A DNA stretch of 63,306 nt, the filler included, from Globobulimina sp. (lineage: Eukaryota), in NCBI GenBank assembly GCA_003354225.1. It is 27 parts of 27 records of this genome, joined end to end, with 100 filler letters (N's around TTAATTAATTAA, not from the genome) between each part and the next. Parts side by side here need not be neighbours in the genome. Positions count along the whole stretch, not along the records: positions 35,241 to 37,488 come from PIVH01007897.1; positions 37,589 to 39,836 come from PIVH01007898.1; positions 39,937 to 42,184 come from PIVH01007899.1; positions 42,285 to 44,532 come from PIVH01007900.1; positions 44,633 to 46,880 come from PIVH01007901.1; positions 46,981 to 49,227 come from PIVH01007902.1; 21 more parts are not named here. One strand, 5' to 3'. This document shows positions 35,333 to 47,145 of this stretch, piece after piece. The notes beneath the pieces were generated by a model. It saw only the letters and a program-made list of their open reading frames with translations, had not been told where the DNA came from and did not search any database. The number at the start of each line of letters is the position of its first letter. Position 1 is the stretch's first letter. Position numbers and translations under genes: made by a program.

Positions 35333-36402
35333 ACTGTCGCATTTGAATCCGAATTGAGATAAGATAAAATTATGAAAAAAATACAAAAAAGTTCTCACAT
35401 CTTTCACAAAGCGAGAGAAATGAAATAGCAATATTATTAGAGAAAAATTATGAACAAAAAGATATTGCCAAAGCACTAAACAGGTCACCGTCAACAATAT
35501 GCGAAGAAATCAAACTGAACAGTGTAAACGGAAAATATAATCCAAAGAAAGCACATGACAAAGCAAGGACAAGAAGGAAGAGTTCCAAGTATCAAGGAAT
35601 GAAGATTGTTAAAAACAAAGAATTGAAAAGTTTTGTTGAAAACAATCTTTTAAAAGACCAATCTCCAAGAGCAATATCGGGAAGATTAAAGAAAAGAGAA
35701 AAACAGCTATCCAATGTTTCAAAAGACAGTATTTGCAGATATGTTAAGAGCGTTTATGGAAGAAAGATAGAAGTACACAGGAACAAGAAAAAGAAACGAC
35801 GAAGGAAAAGACAGCCGAAGAGTGAAAAACTTAAAGACAGGACATTCATCGCCAAAAGACCCAAGGTTATCAACGATAGAATGAGAGTTGGTGACGCTGA
35901 AGCTGATTTCATTGTCTCGGGCAAATCAGGTAAGGGAATATTACTTGTAATTGTGTGTAGAAAACTAAGAATTGCATTTATTGAGCAAATACTTGATGTT
36001 AATATTAAAAATGTTCACAGAGCCTTTAAACGGATACAAAAGAGGTTCCCAGAGATGAGAACCATTACAACAGACAACGATATTCTTCTTCAAAGGCACA
36101 AAGAGTTGGAAAAGATTCTTGGTGTTAAAATATATTTTTGTGATCCGTATTCTTCTTGGCAAAAAGGAAGTGTTGAGAATACCAACGGAGAAATTCGCAA
36201 AGACATTCCCAAAAGCAGTGATATTTCTAAGTATTCAAAATACAAAATTAAAAAGATTGAAGAGAAAATTAATAATCGTTTTATGGAATGTTTAGGTTAT
36301 TTAACTCCCTCTGAAGCTCTTAAAAAGCATAGAAAAAGAAAAAGGCGCTAACGCGCTTTGTTAAAAGCTTAGAAAACTCAATTCGGTTTGAGACCGTCCA
36401 GT
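35333..36402 (+). mobile_element. IS30-family insertion sequence (bacterial)
   Basis: 26-bp imperfect IRs ACTGTCGCATTTGAATCCGAATTGAG (35333-35358) and CTCAATTCGGTTTGAGACCGTCCAGT (36377-36402), 18/26 match, flanking the transposase. Confidence 0.85.
35372..36351 (+). CDS. IS30-family transposase; ATG is one base out of frame at an A7 run
   Basis: HTH FSHLSQSERNEI...IAKALNRSPSTICEEI lies in frame upstream of ORF 35599. DDE motifs are GDAEADFI, ITTDND and PYSSWQKGSVENTNGEIR. Confidence 0.9.
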
Positions 36403-36456
36403 GGGGCAGACCTAAAACAGGCATAAAGGACAAAAGGTTTCTCTTTGTCAACAGCT

Positions 36457-37405
36457 CGTAATGGTTCAATAGCTTTGCAACACCCTAGGAGAATATATTA
36501 ACATTTAATTATTATGACATACACAATAAATCCAAACCTTCCAAAGGTTAGAATGCAAGCCGTTAGGCTTGTAAAACAAGACAAGTGGTCGATAAGGAAA
36601 GTAGCTAAGCATATGGGCTTTAACCCAAGCACAGTAAGTAGATGGTGTAAAAAAGATGCAAGTGGAGGAAGAAGACCAATAAGGACAATATCTTCGAGGC
36701 CTAACCATCATCCAAAAGCTTTAAAGAGAGAGCTTGTTAGTGAAATTATCAAACAAAGACAAAAGAATAGGAGATGTGCTGAAGTTGTTCACCAAGAACT
36801 TCTAAGAAGAAATATCGTTGTTAGCTTAAGCTCTGTTAAAAGAACCTTAGATAGATGTTGTTTAACAAAGAAGAGAAGTCCCTGGAAGAGACCTCATGAT
36901 TTTACCCCTCGTCCTGAGGCTAAAAAACAAGGTGATTTGGTTCAAATTGATACCATCCATATTATGGGACCAGATGACAAAAAGATATATGTATATACTT
37001 TGGTTGACTTACACTCTAGGTGGGCTTATGCAAAGGTTGTCTCAAGAATTAGTGCTACTAGAAGCGCAAGGTTTGCTCAAGAAGCACAGCTAGAAGCTTC
37101 ATTCCCATTTATCATGATACAAACAGATAACGGCTCTGAGTTCTCCACAAGGTTCACTCATGATCTCAAAAGGATGGAGATAGGACACAGACATTCTAGG
37201 GTTAGAAAATCCAACGATAATGCGCACGTAGAGAGGTTTAACAGAACACTACAAGAAGAATGCTTAGACAAGATTCCTCGTAAGATACTTAGGTTTAAAA
37301 AGGCTTTAAAAAATTACTTAATTTATTACAATACAGAACGACTACATATGGGAATTAATTATCAAACTCCACAAGAAGTGTTGCAAAGGTCTTGACCTTT
37401 ATACG
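36457..37405 (+). mobile_element. IS481-family insertion sequence (bacterial)
   Basis: IRs CGTAATGGTTCAATAGCTTTGCAACAC (36457-36483) and GTGTTGCAAAGGTCTTGACCTTTATACG (37378-37405). The right IR overlaps the stop codon. Confidence 0.85.
36514..37395 (+). CDS. IS481-family transposase (HTH + rve integrase core)
   Basis: SIRKVAKHMGFNPSTVSRW, SSRP.HHP, GDLVQIDT, YTLVDLHSRW, IQTDNGSEF, NAHVERFNRTLQEE and YN.ER.H.GI...TP. Confidence 0.93.
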   Translation: MTYTINPNLPKVRMQAVRLVKQDKWSIRKVAKHMGFNPSTVSRWCKKDASGGRRPIRTISSRPNHHPKALKRELVSEIIKQRQKNRRCAEVVHQELLRRNIVVSLSSVKRTLDRCCLTKKRSPWKRPHDFTPRPEAKKQGDLVQIDTIHIMGPDDKKIYVYTLVDLHSRWAYAKVVSRISATRSARFAQEAQLEASFPFIMIQTDNGSEFSTRFTHDLKRMEIGHRHSRVRKSNDNAHVERFNRTLQEECLDKIPRKILRFKKALKNYLIYYNTERLHMGINYQTPQEVLQRS

Positions 37406-37452
37406 GGGGGAGAGAATTGTTTGTGGAAAACTAAAGAAAACCTTTGGACCTG

Positions 37453-37461
37453 TGATATAAT
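37453..37461 (+). promoter_or_regulatory. Bacterial extended -10 promoter element (TGnTATAAT)
   Basis: TGATATAAT downstream of the IS481 element, pointing off the contig end. Confidence 0.45.
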
Positions 37462-37588
37462 TAAACTGTTTTTGAAAACAACAATAAANNNNNNNNNNNN
37501 NNNNNNNNNNNNNNNNNNNNNNNNNNNNNNNNTTAATTAATTAANNNNNNNNNNNNNNNNNNNNNNNNNNNNNNNNNNNNNNNNNNNN

Positions 37589-38169
37589 CGAATGCCCCTT
37601 TCCGTGTGCACTTCATTGTTGGTGGCGCTGGGAGTGAGTGCGAGGATCATATTATTATTTTTTATTCGGGGCAGGCTGTTTTTTGTTATGCAGACATACG
37701 TCCTTTGGGTGGTCTGGGCAGAATCTCCCATGGCTGTATTGGGTGTTTCCATGCTGGCTCCATATCATTGACTTGTATGTAGATATTTTATATGTATGCA
37801 TTGTTTTGTTTTTTACTGCCAAGTCATATATATATTTTGTTAACTTTGCAAGTCTCTATTTGTGTTGACAATGGCTGGGACAAATGGTGTTGAATTGTGT
37901 GAGGATTTGTATCTGGTGATTAACATTATTAATATGGATGTTGACCATAGACATAAGCATGTGAAGAATAGGTAGTTTTTGTAAGAACATATTGTGTCTA
38001 AGCAGGAAAGTGATTGTGTTGGTTTGGCTTTCGGTTTATATTTACTGTTTGCTTTCATTGCTGAGGGATGAGGCCGTTGCTTGGCAGATGATGTGGTGGT
38101 GACTGGTTTAGCTATGTTGGACCCCATGTTGCGTGACTTGACGAGTGAAGTGCGACGATGTGACGCCAT
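37589..38169 (-). CDS. Type II membrane protein, intron-containing, 3' partial
   Basis: ATG 38169, TM helix YLFFTCLCLWSTSILIMLIT, coding continues after GT-AG introns. Confidence 0.5.
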
Positions 38170-38230
38170 GACTTATGCGTTTGTTGACTAACTTGACTTA
38201 AATAGTGGAGGAAAAACATCCTTGCTAAGG

Positions 38231-39836
38231 ATGTCAAACAAACACTCCAAACGTAATGACAAATCAAAGAGAAAGAAAAAAAATAAACCACGTTCACGTA
38301 CAACTTCGAATTCTGTGATTACTCCACGAACCAAAAATAAACCTGCGAAGTTCATCTGTGAATTGTACCCAAACGCCCAAAACCTGCACATCTTTTTATC
38401 AACGCATTGCAGAATTAGCAATCTCACGCAACGCATCCAATCCTATTTTAAACCCTCAAATCCGGATGCTTCCAAACTGTATGATTTGGTGATGGAATTT
38501 TTCAACAAATCGCTAATATGCCTCACCACCTCTCCTGCTCAAATCCCGTCTATTTCGCCAGCAACAAACATGAATACCATTGTGGAGGATTTTTTGCATT
38601 GTAAATTTGCCAAAATAGGCTATGACCGCAGAGACTCTGTGTTGACAAATTCCTATTGTTTTACAAACAGGCAATATGCTGGAAGTCGCAAATATATTCC
38701 TTTATTAAATATAGATAACGTAACCATTAGCAATGCGAATGACAGTATTAACTATTTATTAACTTCCAAACAATGCAAGATATTGCACGAGTTAATCGGC
38801 GACGATATGTTATATTTTTTATTAAACACAACCACTATATTTGTGCCTGTAATGTTCAAAGTCAATCAATATTGGCAATTAATTGGAGAGCCCGCATCCG
38901 AAATATTATGGGGTCAGAGAATTAAAAAGAAACTTAACAAAATGCAGGAAACAAAAGCGAAAAAAGAGGGGAAAAAGTACAAAATATACAAGTCAAAATA
39001 TAAGAAACAGTCTCACAGCAAAGGATATTTGATGTTGAGTGATTTCAATAAAAGAAAATGTCAATGTCGACAATATGTAAAGGATGAGGGACAGAAAGCG
39101 AATGAAGCAAAAGTGAATAAGTCGGTGATTCAATGTTTTTTATGCAATAAGTTAGCGACAACCGACCATGTTTCAGGTCAGAAACATATGAAAAAAGCCA
39201 ACGTCTTTATACGGCGAATAAAAATGGAAACAGAATATCCGATTCGATGCATAATGTGTAAGGGTAAAAATGTCAGGTTGAAGACTCGAAGGGCGTGGAA
39301 CTCGCACGTCATATTTATGCATCAGAAAGATTTATTAATGTTTTATGGAAAGTCAACTGAGATCACAGAAAAGCAAAAATATAAACATGTGAGGAAACAA
39401 ATTAAGAGGACTCCAAAGGCAATGCCGACGCCATTAAAACCCAGACAGTCATTGTTAGGCAAACGGAAAGCTCACTCATTGGATTTATGGAACCAACACA
39501 AGAAATATCGACGCTTAAATCACGACTCAACCAGTATGTGTAATGTATATTTACTCTATAAATATATAAACACGTTTTATGATTGTTTAACATGATAATT
39601 CCGATGGACTTTGATTGACTGACAAAAGGTGTGGCAGATCGAAGGAATACCAATGCGATGAAGAAAGGATTGAAAAAAAGCAGTTAAGTTTGTGTTTATG
39701 TTTGTAGAAATAATATTTTTTACATTGTTTCTATATTAATTGTAGAGAATAGTACTTATATTCGCTTCCATGGCAAAACAGCACGTTCAGCTTTGAAAGC
39801 GTTCGAAGCTAAAAAGAATATAAAGAGACGAAATTT
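38231..39836 (+). CDS. TERT: Telomerase reverse transcriptase N-terminus (TEN/GQ domain) followed by two zinc fingers; 3' partial
   Basis: LYPNAQNLHIFL, FFNKSLICL, SVLTNSY and NDSINYLLTSKQCKILHELIGDDMLYFLLNTTTIFVPVMFKVNQYWQLIGEP match the TERT GQ motif (human [26 protein letters not shown]...YQVCGPP). Likely intron donor at 39534. Confidence 0.8.
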
Positions 39837-39936
39837 NNNNNNNNNNNNNNNNNNNNNNNNNNNNNNNNNNNNNNNNNNNNTTAATTAATTAANNNNNNNN
39901 NNNNNNNNNNNNNNNNNNNNNNNNNNNNNNNNNNNN

Positions 39937-41660
39937 TGACTCTATCCGATATTCGTGAAGCGTACGACTGTCGCGTACGACTCAAAGATGGTCGCAATGA
40001 GTTGCTCGTCACCATCGAGATCGCGAATGCACCCAATTCCAAGCGCGAAGTAAGCAAAAATGATATTAATGGGAGCACCGTGACTCGGGGTGATATTTTC
40101 GTGCGTTTTTTTAAACGATACAAGGTTGAAAATACACATCAATTAGAAAAACAATTATTAGCTAAACTAACCACAAAAAACCTTGAACTGCACTCTGAAA
40201 CGGACCAAGCATACAATTTTGTGCATATTCCACAGAGAGAGCCCCAAACAATTACCATAATCGACGACGATGACAACAACACCACCGTACAACACAAAGA
40301 TAACACAAACACAAACAATCACAAATCGATATCACCGCAAATTATAAGTATTAAAGAAATAACGCCACCAATCAATCACAACAAAAAAAGGAAAATTGGC
40401 ATCATCAATATTTCGGGAAATAATAAATATGGAAATCCATTTTTAAACACATCACAAAATGCATGCAATACTAATAATAGCCAAAATATCAACGAATGCG
40501 AATTGACATTGCCATCCTTGACCGATCGGACATATTTAACCGATACAAATTCAAACAACTCGACGCAGAGTACTTGTTCTTCACTGTCGCAGCAAATCAG
40601 TGCGCCACCGGCAAAACGACAGAGGTTAAATAACTGGAACAATAATAATAATATTAACAACAGTGTATGCATTGATGCATTGTATACAAAAATTAAACTG
40701 TTAAGTAACAAAAATATCTTATTTCTAGCCATTTTTTATCCTTTCACCAATTATTTGCGTATTCTGCATAATCATCATAATAAATATAGCAAATTGGAGG
40801 AGATGATAAAATTACATCGTTTGCATTCGGATGGCAGTGATAATATATGTACAATGAATGGATGGTGTGACAGCATGAATAGTTTAGAAAGCGGTGTGTT
40901 GCATTTATTGACTATTTACGCGTCGATCCAACAACAAAGCCAACAATTTCGCGCTAGTATAAACTCCGAAAAAATGCAATTCGATACGCTAGAAAAGGAG
41001 AACAATATTCGTAATGAAGCACATTTACAATTGACAGCAAATGTGACTGCGTTAAGCACACAATTAACTTCTGTGGATGCACAGATTCGTAATTTAGTGA
41101 TGCAAAGACAACAAATACAACAACAATTAAATGCAACCAAACAAACTATGAATACCAATAAATTGTCGATTAATAATTATAATATGTTAAAGCAACAATA
41201 TATCAATCAAATGACGCAGAGAGTTAAAACTATCACCAATGCACAGTCGTTGTTGCCGGTGATCAAAAATATAAATAACAGATATCAGCAAACCATCGAG
41301 AAATTGAGAGAGAAGCTTGGAAAATTTGAAAGTAATTCGGGAGAATGGAACTACACCCAAATTGTGCAATGGTTTAAGCATATTGAAAATGGCAAGTTTA
41401 ATGATAATAAGTACATAAAATATATGAATCATATTATAAATGATAAGATGAATGGCGTTTCTTTGAAGAAGGATATGGATGATATGGAAATGAAATGTTA
41501 TATAAATGATGAAGATGACAGGAAATGTATAATAAACAATATTGAGCGGCTGCAAAAACAGCAAAATAATTCTACAAATTGTACAAATATTCTTGTTCAA
41601 GCGATTGAAATGTTGGAAGAAGAAGACCGATTGAAAAAAGAAACGGAACTTAAGATTTAA
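39937..41660 (+). CDS. N/Q-rich coiled-coil protein with C-terminal SAM-like domain; 5' partial
   Basis: WNYTQIVQWFKHIENGKF...MNGVSL...DRKCIINNIERL resembles the SAM-like domain at 28895-30073. Confidence 0.7.
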
Positions 41661-41809
41661 TGCATGTACATGTATGATCTACAGAAACTTTTCGCGATTG
41701 TTTGACTTTTTGAGGTTTTTATAACTGTGTAGGAAGACTTCAAAAATATTAAAAACTATTTGAACGGCCCACACCTAAAAACTCCTTAACAATCCCAGTA
41801 GCCACTGCC

Positions 41810-42127
41810 ATGGAGTACGATAACGCTGTATTTAAAGTGCAACAAAAATCAATGCATGACTTATTAACGAATTCTGATACTCATGACATTTCATTTGTTG
41901 TCGGTAACACTGAGGCAAAAGAAGAATCTCAGACATTCCATGCTCACCGTTTCATGTTATCCAATGTGAGTCCTGTATTTAGCAAAATGTTATATGGCAA
42001 AATGAAAGAAAGTGAGAGCAACGCAGTGATACCATTACCAAATGTTACCAAAGAAACATTCCAATGTGTTATAAATTTCGTATATTGCAATGATCCAAAT
42101 ATCAATTTAAAGATGTATTTAATGTAA
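41810..42127 (+). CDS. BTB/POZ-domain protein (truncated or frameshifted)
   Basis: DISFVVG...FHAHRFMLSNVSPVFSKML.G.MKES...IPLPNV..ETFQCVINFVY. Confidence 0.85.
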   Translation: MEYDNAVFKVQQKSMHDLLTNSDTHDISFVVGNTEAKEESQTFHAHRFMLSNVSPVFSKMLYGKMKESESNAVIPLPNVTKETFQCVINFVYCNDPNINLKMYLM

Positions 42128-42284
42128 GATCTGTATCTAATATTTACCCAAAAAAGGCCGGTAAAAGTGGAATTACTCCACTCCNNNNNNNNNNNNNNNN
42201 NNNNNNNNNNNNNNNNNNNNNNNNNNNNTTAATTAATTAANNNNNNNNNNNNNNNNNNNNNNNNNNNNNNNNNNNNNNNNNNNN

Positions 42285-42789
42285 ATCACAATATAACAAA
42301 TTAAATAAAGATTTACGAGAAAAATTGATTGTTTTCAATGATAATGATAATAAAATAATTTCAAATCCATTAAATTTACCAATTTCACAAATCAAATTTA
42401 TCACTGAATATAAATGGAAAATTGATAAACAACAATTTCTTAAATTTAAACAATTGAAAACAGGCGAAAATTTACATGGTCCTCAATTTAAATATGCATT
42501 GGATGATGGTGTTGGCGATGTGGTATTTGTGTGTTATATTTGTAGATCAGGTGCAGAAAAAACTGATTTATCTTTTTATGGAATTATAATTAAAAAATTG
42601 CCAGCAACAATATCATCCATTAACATTTCATGGAGTTTTTTATTTGAAGAAGCAAACTATGAAATTGGAGAACAGTCTGTTGCATTAAAAGAAGGTGGTA
42701 ATATTGGATATGGTGGATGTTCAAATGATATATTTAATCAATTAAATTGTTTATGTATTATGACTTTTGTCCGTATCACAAAAAATTAA
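42285..42789 (+). CDS. C-terminal MATH/TRAF-like domain protein; 5' partial
   Basis: YKWKID...F..FK....G..L.GPQF followed by a beta-rich region. Confidence 0.45.
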
Positions 42790-43367
42790 TTTTGGTGTCT
42801 TTTCTATGATGTTTTTTGTGTTTGATTTTATTTGTTCGGCAATTCTTTGTCTGTATTTTTGCGTGTTTTTGAATTGCTAAAAACAAATAAACAAATAAAC
42901 GCATGTTGGTTTCAAATGGGATTTATCTGTGCTTAAATATCCAGACAAAGAACCAACGCATAATTTATGTTTTGTTAACTTACAGAAAACAGATTGTGAT
43001 GATTTGTGTGCCGTGCGTATATTTGCTAAAATCGATGATGTTATGATTGGTTTAGTGGAGGAATAATCAGACTGATGACGATGATTATAAAAAAGTATTT
43101 TACGTTGTTTTTTTGTGTTATTGCGCCATTGTTCTTGATGTTACAGCATGTTTTCATTTAATTGATTTAAAGATGTGTCATATATAAATGTGTTGGTATA
43201 TTTATTCGTTGTTCGACCATGTCAAGTGTCAACCGTTGGTCAAGTCGCGATCGCAAAACCTTTCAAGTGAAGTATAATTTTAGTTCATTCAATGATGCAA
43301 AAACTCAATGAAACACGCTAACATCACGTGATTGAATAAATAACATAAATGAAATTAACTAAAAGAA

Positions 43368-44310
43368 TCAAAGGCAATACGTATCTATTTCATCATCAAT
43401 ATCATGTGCAGCAACACCTATCCTCACCGCATTCGCAACCTTTGATCTCGCACTAGAATCTGCATATTTTCCTATATGCGCCAAATACTTTTCTTTATCA
43501 GGCAATGTACGTTTGACACAATCCATATTCATAACATATTCATACCACTCATGGTATGCCTCCAATTCAGGATCATCTGTGGGAATTATATATTCCTTAC
43601 CACGGTAATATTCAAACACATAATATCTATATGCCCATGGTATCAATGCTATGTCCGCATTGCATAATTGATTACTGTCCAAAAACAATGAGCCACTGGT
43701 TTTACATAATTCCTTTCAAAGTAAGTCTACTGCTCAAAAAGCAAAATGCATATTAAAATTATTGGTGCATGTTTCTTTTCAGCGGCACACTTACTTTTGA
43801 AAAAGCTTTCAAACCATTTAACAATTTGTGGAAATGTTGCATTCGCTCCGATTCTTCCGTGCGAACAAGAACGCCATAGTATGGAGAACAACATTCGCGA
43901 TTTAATTTATCAGTCCATATTTTGGATCTTGCTGCTTCGAATGGATCGGTTGAGATCAATCTATCACCGCCAGCTGCATCACTCATAGAATCAATAAATT
44001 CCACTGCTATTAATGATTGATATATACTTTTAGATTCCACAGATTTGCCATGTTCATTGATTGGAATCAATGTCGGTACGAGAGCTGATGGATTTGCACG
44101 TATTAATTCATCCGATTTCCAATGATACCACCATTCTTTACCAGTACCTGTTACATTATGTTCATCTGTGCGTTGTTGCCACCCGAGAGCTTCAATCCAT
44201 TCATAGTTCATACGAGTGCAGTGATGTTGCAACGCTATGGTAGTGCGGTGTGCAAAGGGGCAAAACCATGCTGATAGGTATCGGAATTTAGGTATTGTTT
44301 TGGTTGCCAT
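43368..44310 (-). CDS. Glutathione S-transferase, omega-like; intron 43713-43794
   Basis: SAWFCPFAHR, NPSALVPTL, QSLIAVEFID and ADIALIPWAYR. An 82-nt GTAAGT...AAAG intron joins KAFSK|ELCKTSGSLFL in frame. Confidence 0.9.
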
Positions 44311-44398
44311 TGCAGGTAGAGATTTTAGTGCTGTAGTTTATTTTCTGTGGCGTAAAAACTGTGCCCAAAACAAAACGTAGAGCATTTATGCCACACTT

Positions 44399-44501
44399 TT
44401 TCATAAACTTAAGTTGCATCAGATTCGCGTAACTTATGTTTGAAACTTAAGTTCATGAAATTACATATTTTTCGAAATATTCAAAACATAAGTTTATGAA
44501 A
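44399..44501. repeat. About 100-bp foldback / MITE-like element
   Basis: TTTCATAAACTTA (44399-44411) and TAAGTTTATGAAA (44489-44501) are perfect 13-bp inverted repeats, with internal AACTTAAGTT repeats. Confidence 0.55.
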
Positions 44502-44840
44502 TTACATTTATTCAGAAGCTGGCACCACGGCANNNNNNNNNNNNNNNNNNNNNNNNNNNNNNNNNNNNNNNNNNNNTTAATTAATTAANNNNNNNNNNNN
44601 NNNNNNNNNNNNNNNNNNNNNNNNNNNNNNNNAAAAACATTTTTGCACAATGTCAATTTTGATATTTAATGACAACCGGCCTGGTATAAAACAGGATTAC
44701 AGGAAGACCTGTGAACATAAATTAAATGCAATTTAAACATAATTATACAAAAGAAAAAAGCAATAAAGTTACAACTTAATTATTACAAGAAACAGTCATT
44801 TTTTACGTTTTCATACACATTAATTCAGCTGCTATTGGGC

Positions 44841-46337
44841 TCAAACTGCATATGTTAATTTTATATTCATGCAAAACAAAAAGAGATTAAAAATATATAT
44901 TACAGTAACTGTTCGCACAATTTCCTCTAAATATTCACAATTAATAACCAACCGATCCGAACCAATCCTTTTCATCTTTTTTGTAAATAAATTATTTATT
45001 TTCCCACTAATATCCGTTATGCTATTTTCCTCTCCATCATCATCATTAATTTTATATTTGATTAATATTTCTTTTTGCATCTTATTATCAGCAATAACTC
45101 CGCCATTTGTTTGATGATATTCTGTTAACCATTTACTAAATGTATCGCGAAACTCTTCTTTTGTAATCACGGGTTGTTGCACCATCTTCACTCTTTTCAT
45201 CCATTCACCAATTGGTTTCATTAAAAATCTCAATTCTGTCTTATCAATATGTGGTGCTTTGGCCTCACCACTCTCCTACAAAAAATAAACAAAAACGAAT
45301 TAATTTGCACATTATAACAAATTAATTTGCAAATTATAATATAACATTATAACTTTATGAGCTGTGGCAATGGACAAAATAACAGTTAACAATAAGATAT
45401 CATCCACTTCCTCCACATCAATGGTGTCATTCCCATCGCGATCTAATTTACTCCATACTTGATCTAACGTTGCTTTATTCATTGTTTTCTCAATAAACTG
45501 TGCTAAACATAAAGGTGAATTTGCATCCAATGGATCATCATCTTCAATATATTTAGCATCAAAGTAAAACGATATTAAATGAATAATGTCACATAATATA
45601 TCTTCGTCTTGTATTTCTATAGCAAATTCACGTTTTTTTTGTTCAATATAACAACATACTAAGTATGAATTACGTGGATGAACATTTTGGATTTGAAGCT
45701 GTGAGATATACATGGAATGATATAAAAATACATGAACATTTGTTAAACGATGTAATTGGGTTTGAGTTTGATGTTTATTGGCCGAAAAATGGTGTTTCAT
45801 ACTAAAACAATTGTCATTCTCGCAGGTTCGGTCTTTTTTGCGCATATTATCAATAATATAGCCGCGAATTTCAGAATATTGATAATGATGGTTATGTTTA
45901 AGATGATCCGCATCAGATTCAAATTGGAAATAATCGTTTTCAAATACTAACTCATTCACATCCTTATACTGATCAAAATCAATTGTTTCAGTGACCATTG
46001 TACGTAATTTCTTTTTATTTGTTAAATCTTTAATATCTAACCAGGCATTATATTTTTTGATAATTTTTATACAACGAATAAGTGCTTCACATTTGGTGAT
46101 ATCTCCTGATAATATACATTCTGCGATCTTCTCCTCCTCCGCCTCCTCCTTCTCCTTCTCTTTCTTTTTATTTTCTGTATAGTCTTTTATTAATGTTTCA
46201 CCATCTTTTATTGCTGATGTATCTCCATTTAATAAGGGGTCTGTCATTGGGCTTCTTTGTCTTTTTATTGTGGTGTTATACGGGTCTGCTTTAACCGGAG
46301 CACTGGGACCGCAACAGGAAGAATCGCTTGAACCCAT
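44841..46337 (-). CDS. N-myristoylated EF-hand protein; intron 45276-45353
   Basis: MGSSDSSCC start (myristoyl/palmitoyl-like) and EF loop DRDGNDTIDVEE. A phase-0 intron links the two ORFs. Confidence 0.75.
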
Positions 46338-46980
46338 TACCTCAAAAACGTATTTGCTACTAAATAAAAAAAGTGTTGCTTAAAATTGGACTCGCGAGTT
46401 ACAGCAGTTACACGGAGTTAGACTTTATATAACCAATTTTTTTACTTTATTTATTTATCATTTGTATCTTTCGGCAAATAAAAAAATAGAAAAACGAAAC
46501 AATGAAAATTAGCGCAATAGTTGTGACTGCAGTGCTTGTTTTAAAAGCTGAGCATTTGCTGTGAGCTGGATTTGTTTGATCGAAATATAATATGAATAAA
46601 GATTAGCACAAATACAATGATAAAATAAAAAAAAAGCCAGAGTTTTCAAGGAAAAAAAAGTCATGATAAGGGGAAAAAAGTCATGATAAAGCTTTATAAT
46701 AACCAACAACATTTGAAAACTCTGGAAAAAACAACATAAACAAATAAATTTAAGCATTCCCATACTGCTCCTATTTTCATTTTAATTTGTCAGCTATAAA
46801 AATATAGAATATTTGAGGACATTTTATTTTATGTATTAAACCTAACATTTTTATCAATACATTTCCCAATACATAATAGANNNNNNNNNNNNNNNNNNNN
46901 NNNNNNNNNNNNNNNNNNNNNNNNTTAATTAATTAANNNNNNNNNNNNNNNNNNNNNNNNNNNNNNNNNNNNNNNNNNNN

Positions 46981-47145
46981 TTTTCCGACAAAATAAATCC
47001 GAGAATTATAGAAACGTTTTCTGACAAAATAAATCCGAGAATTATAGAAACGTTTTCGGGCAATATAAATCCGAGAATTAGAGAAACGTTTTCTGACACA
47101 TTTTCAGAAACGTTTTTAGGACATTTTCAGAAACGTTTTTCAAGA
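46981..47145. repeat. 36-bp tandem repeat (3 copies) decaying into shorter GAAACGTTTT units
   Basis: Unit TTTTC(C/T)GACAAAATAAATCCGAGAATTATAGAAACG. Confidence 0.9.

Noticed and set aside
46981-47145. CTGACAA...GAAACGTT repeats as hammerhead ribozymes or CRISPR
   Set aside because: The core has a C3/A8 mismatch with no stem II pairing, and there are no spacers. A plain minisatellite.
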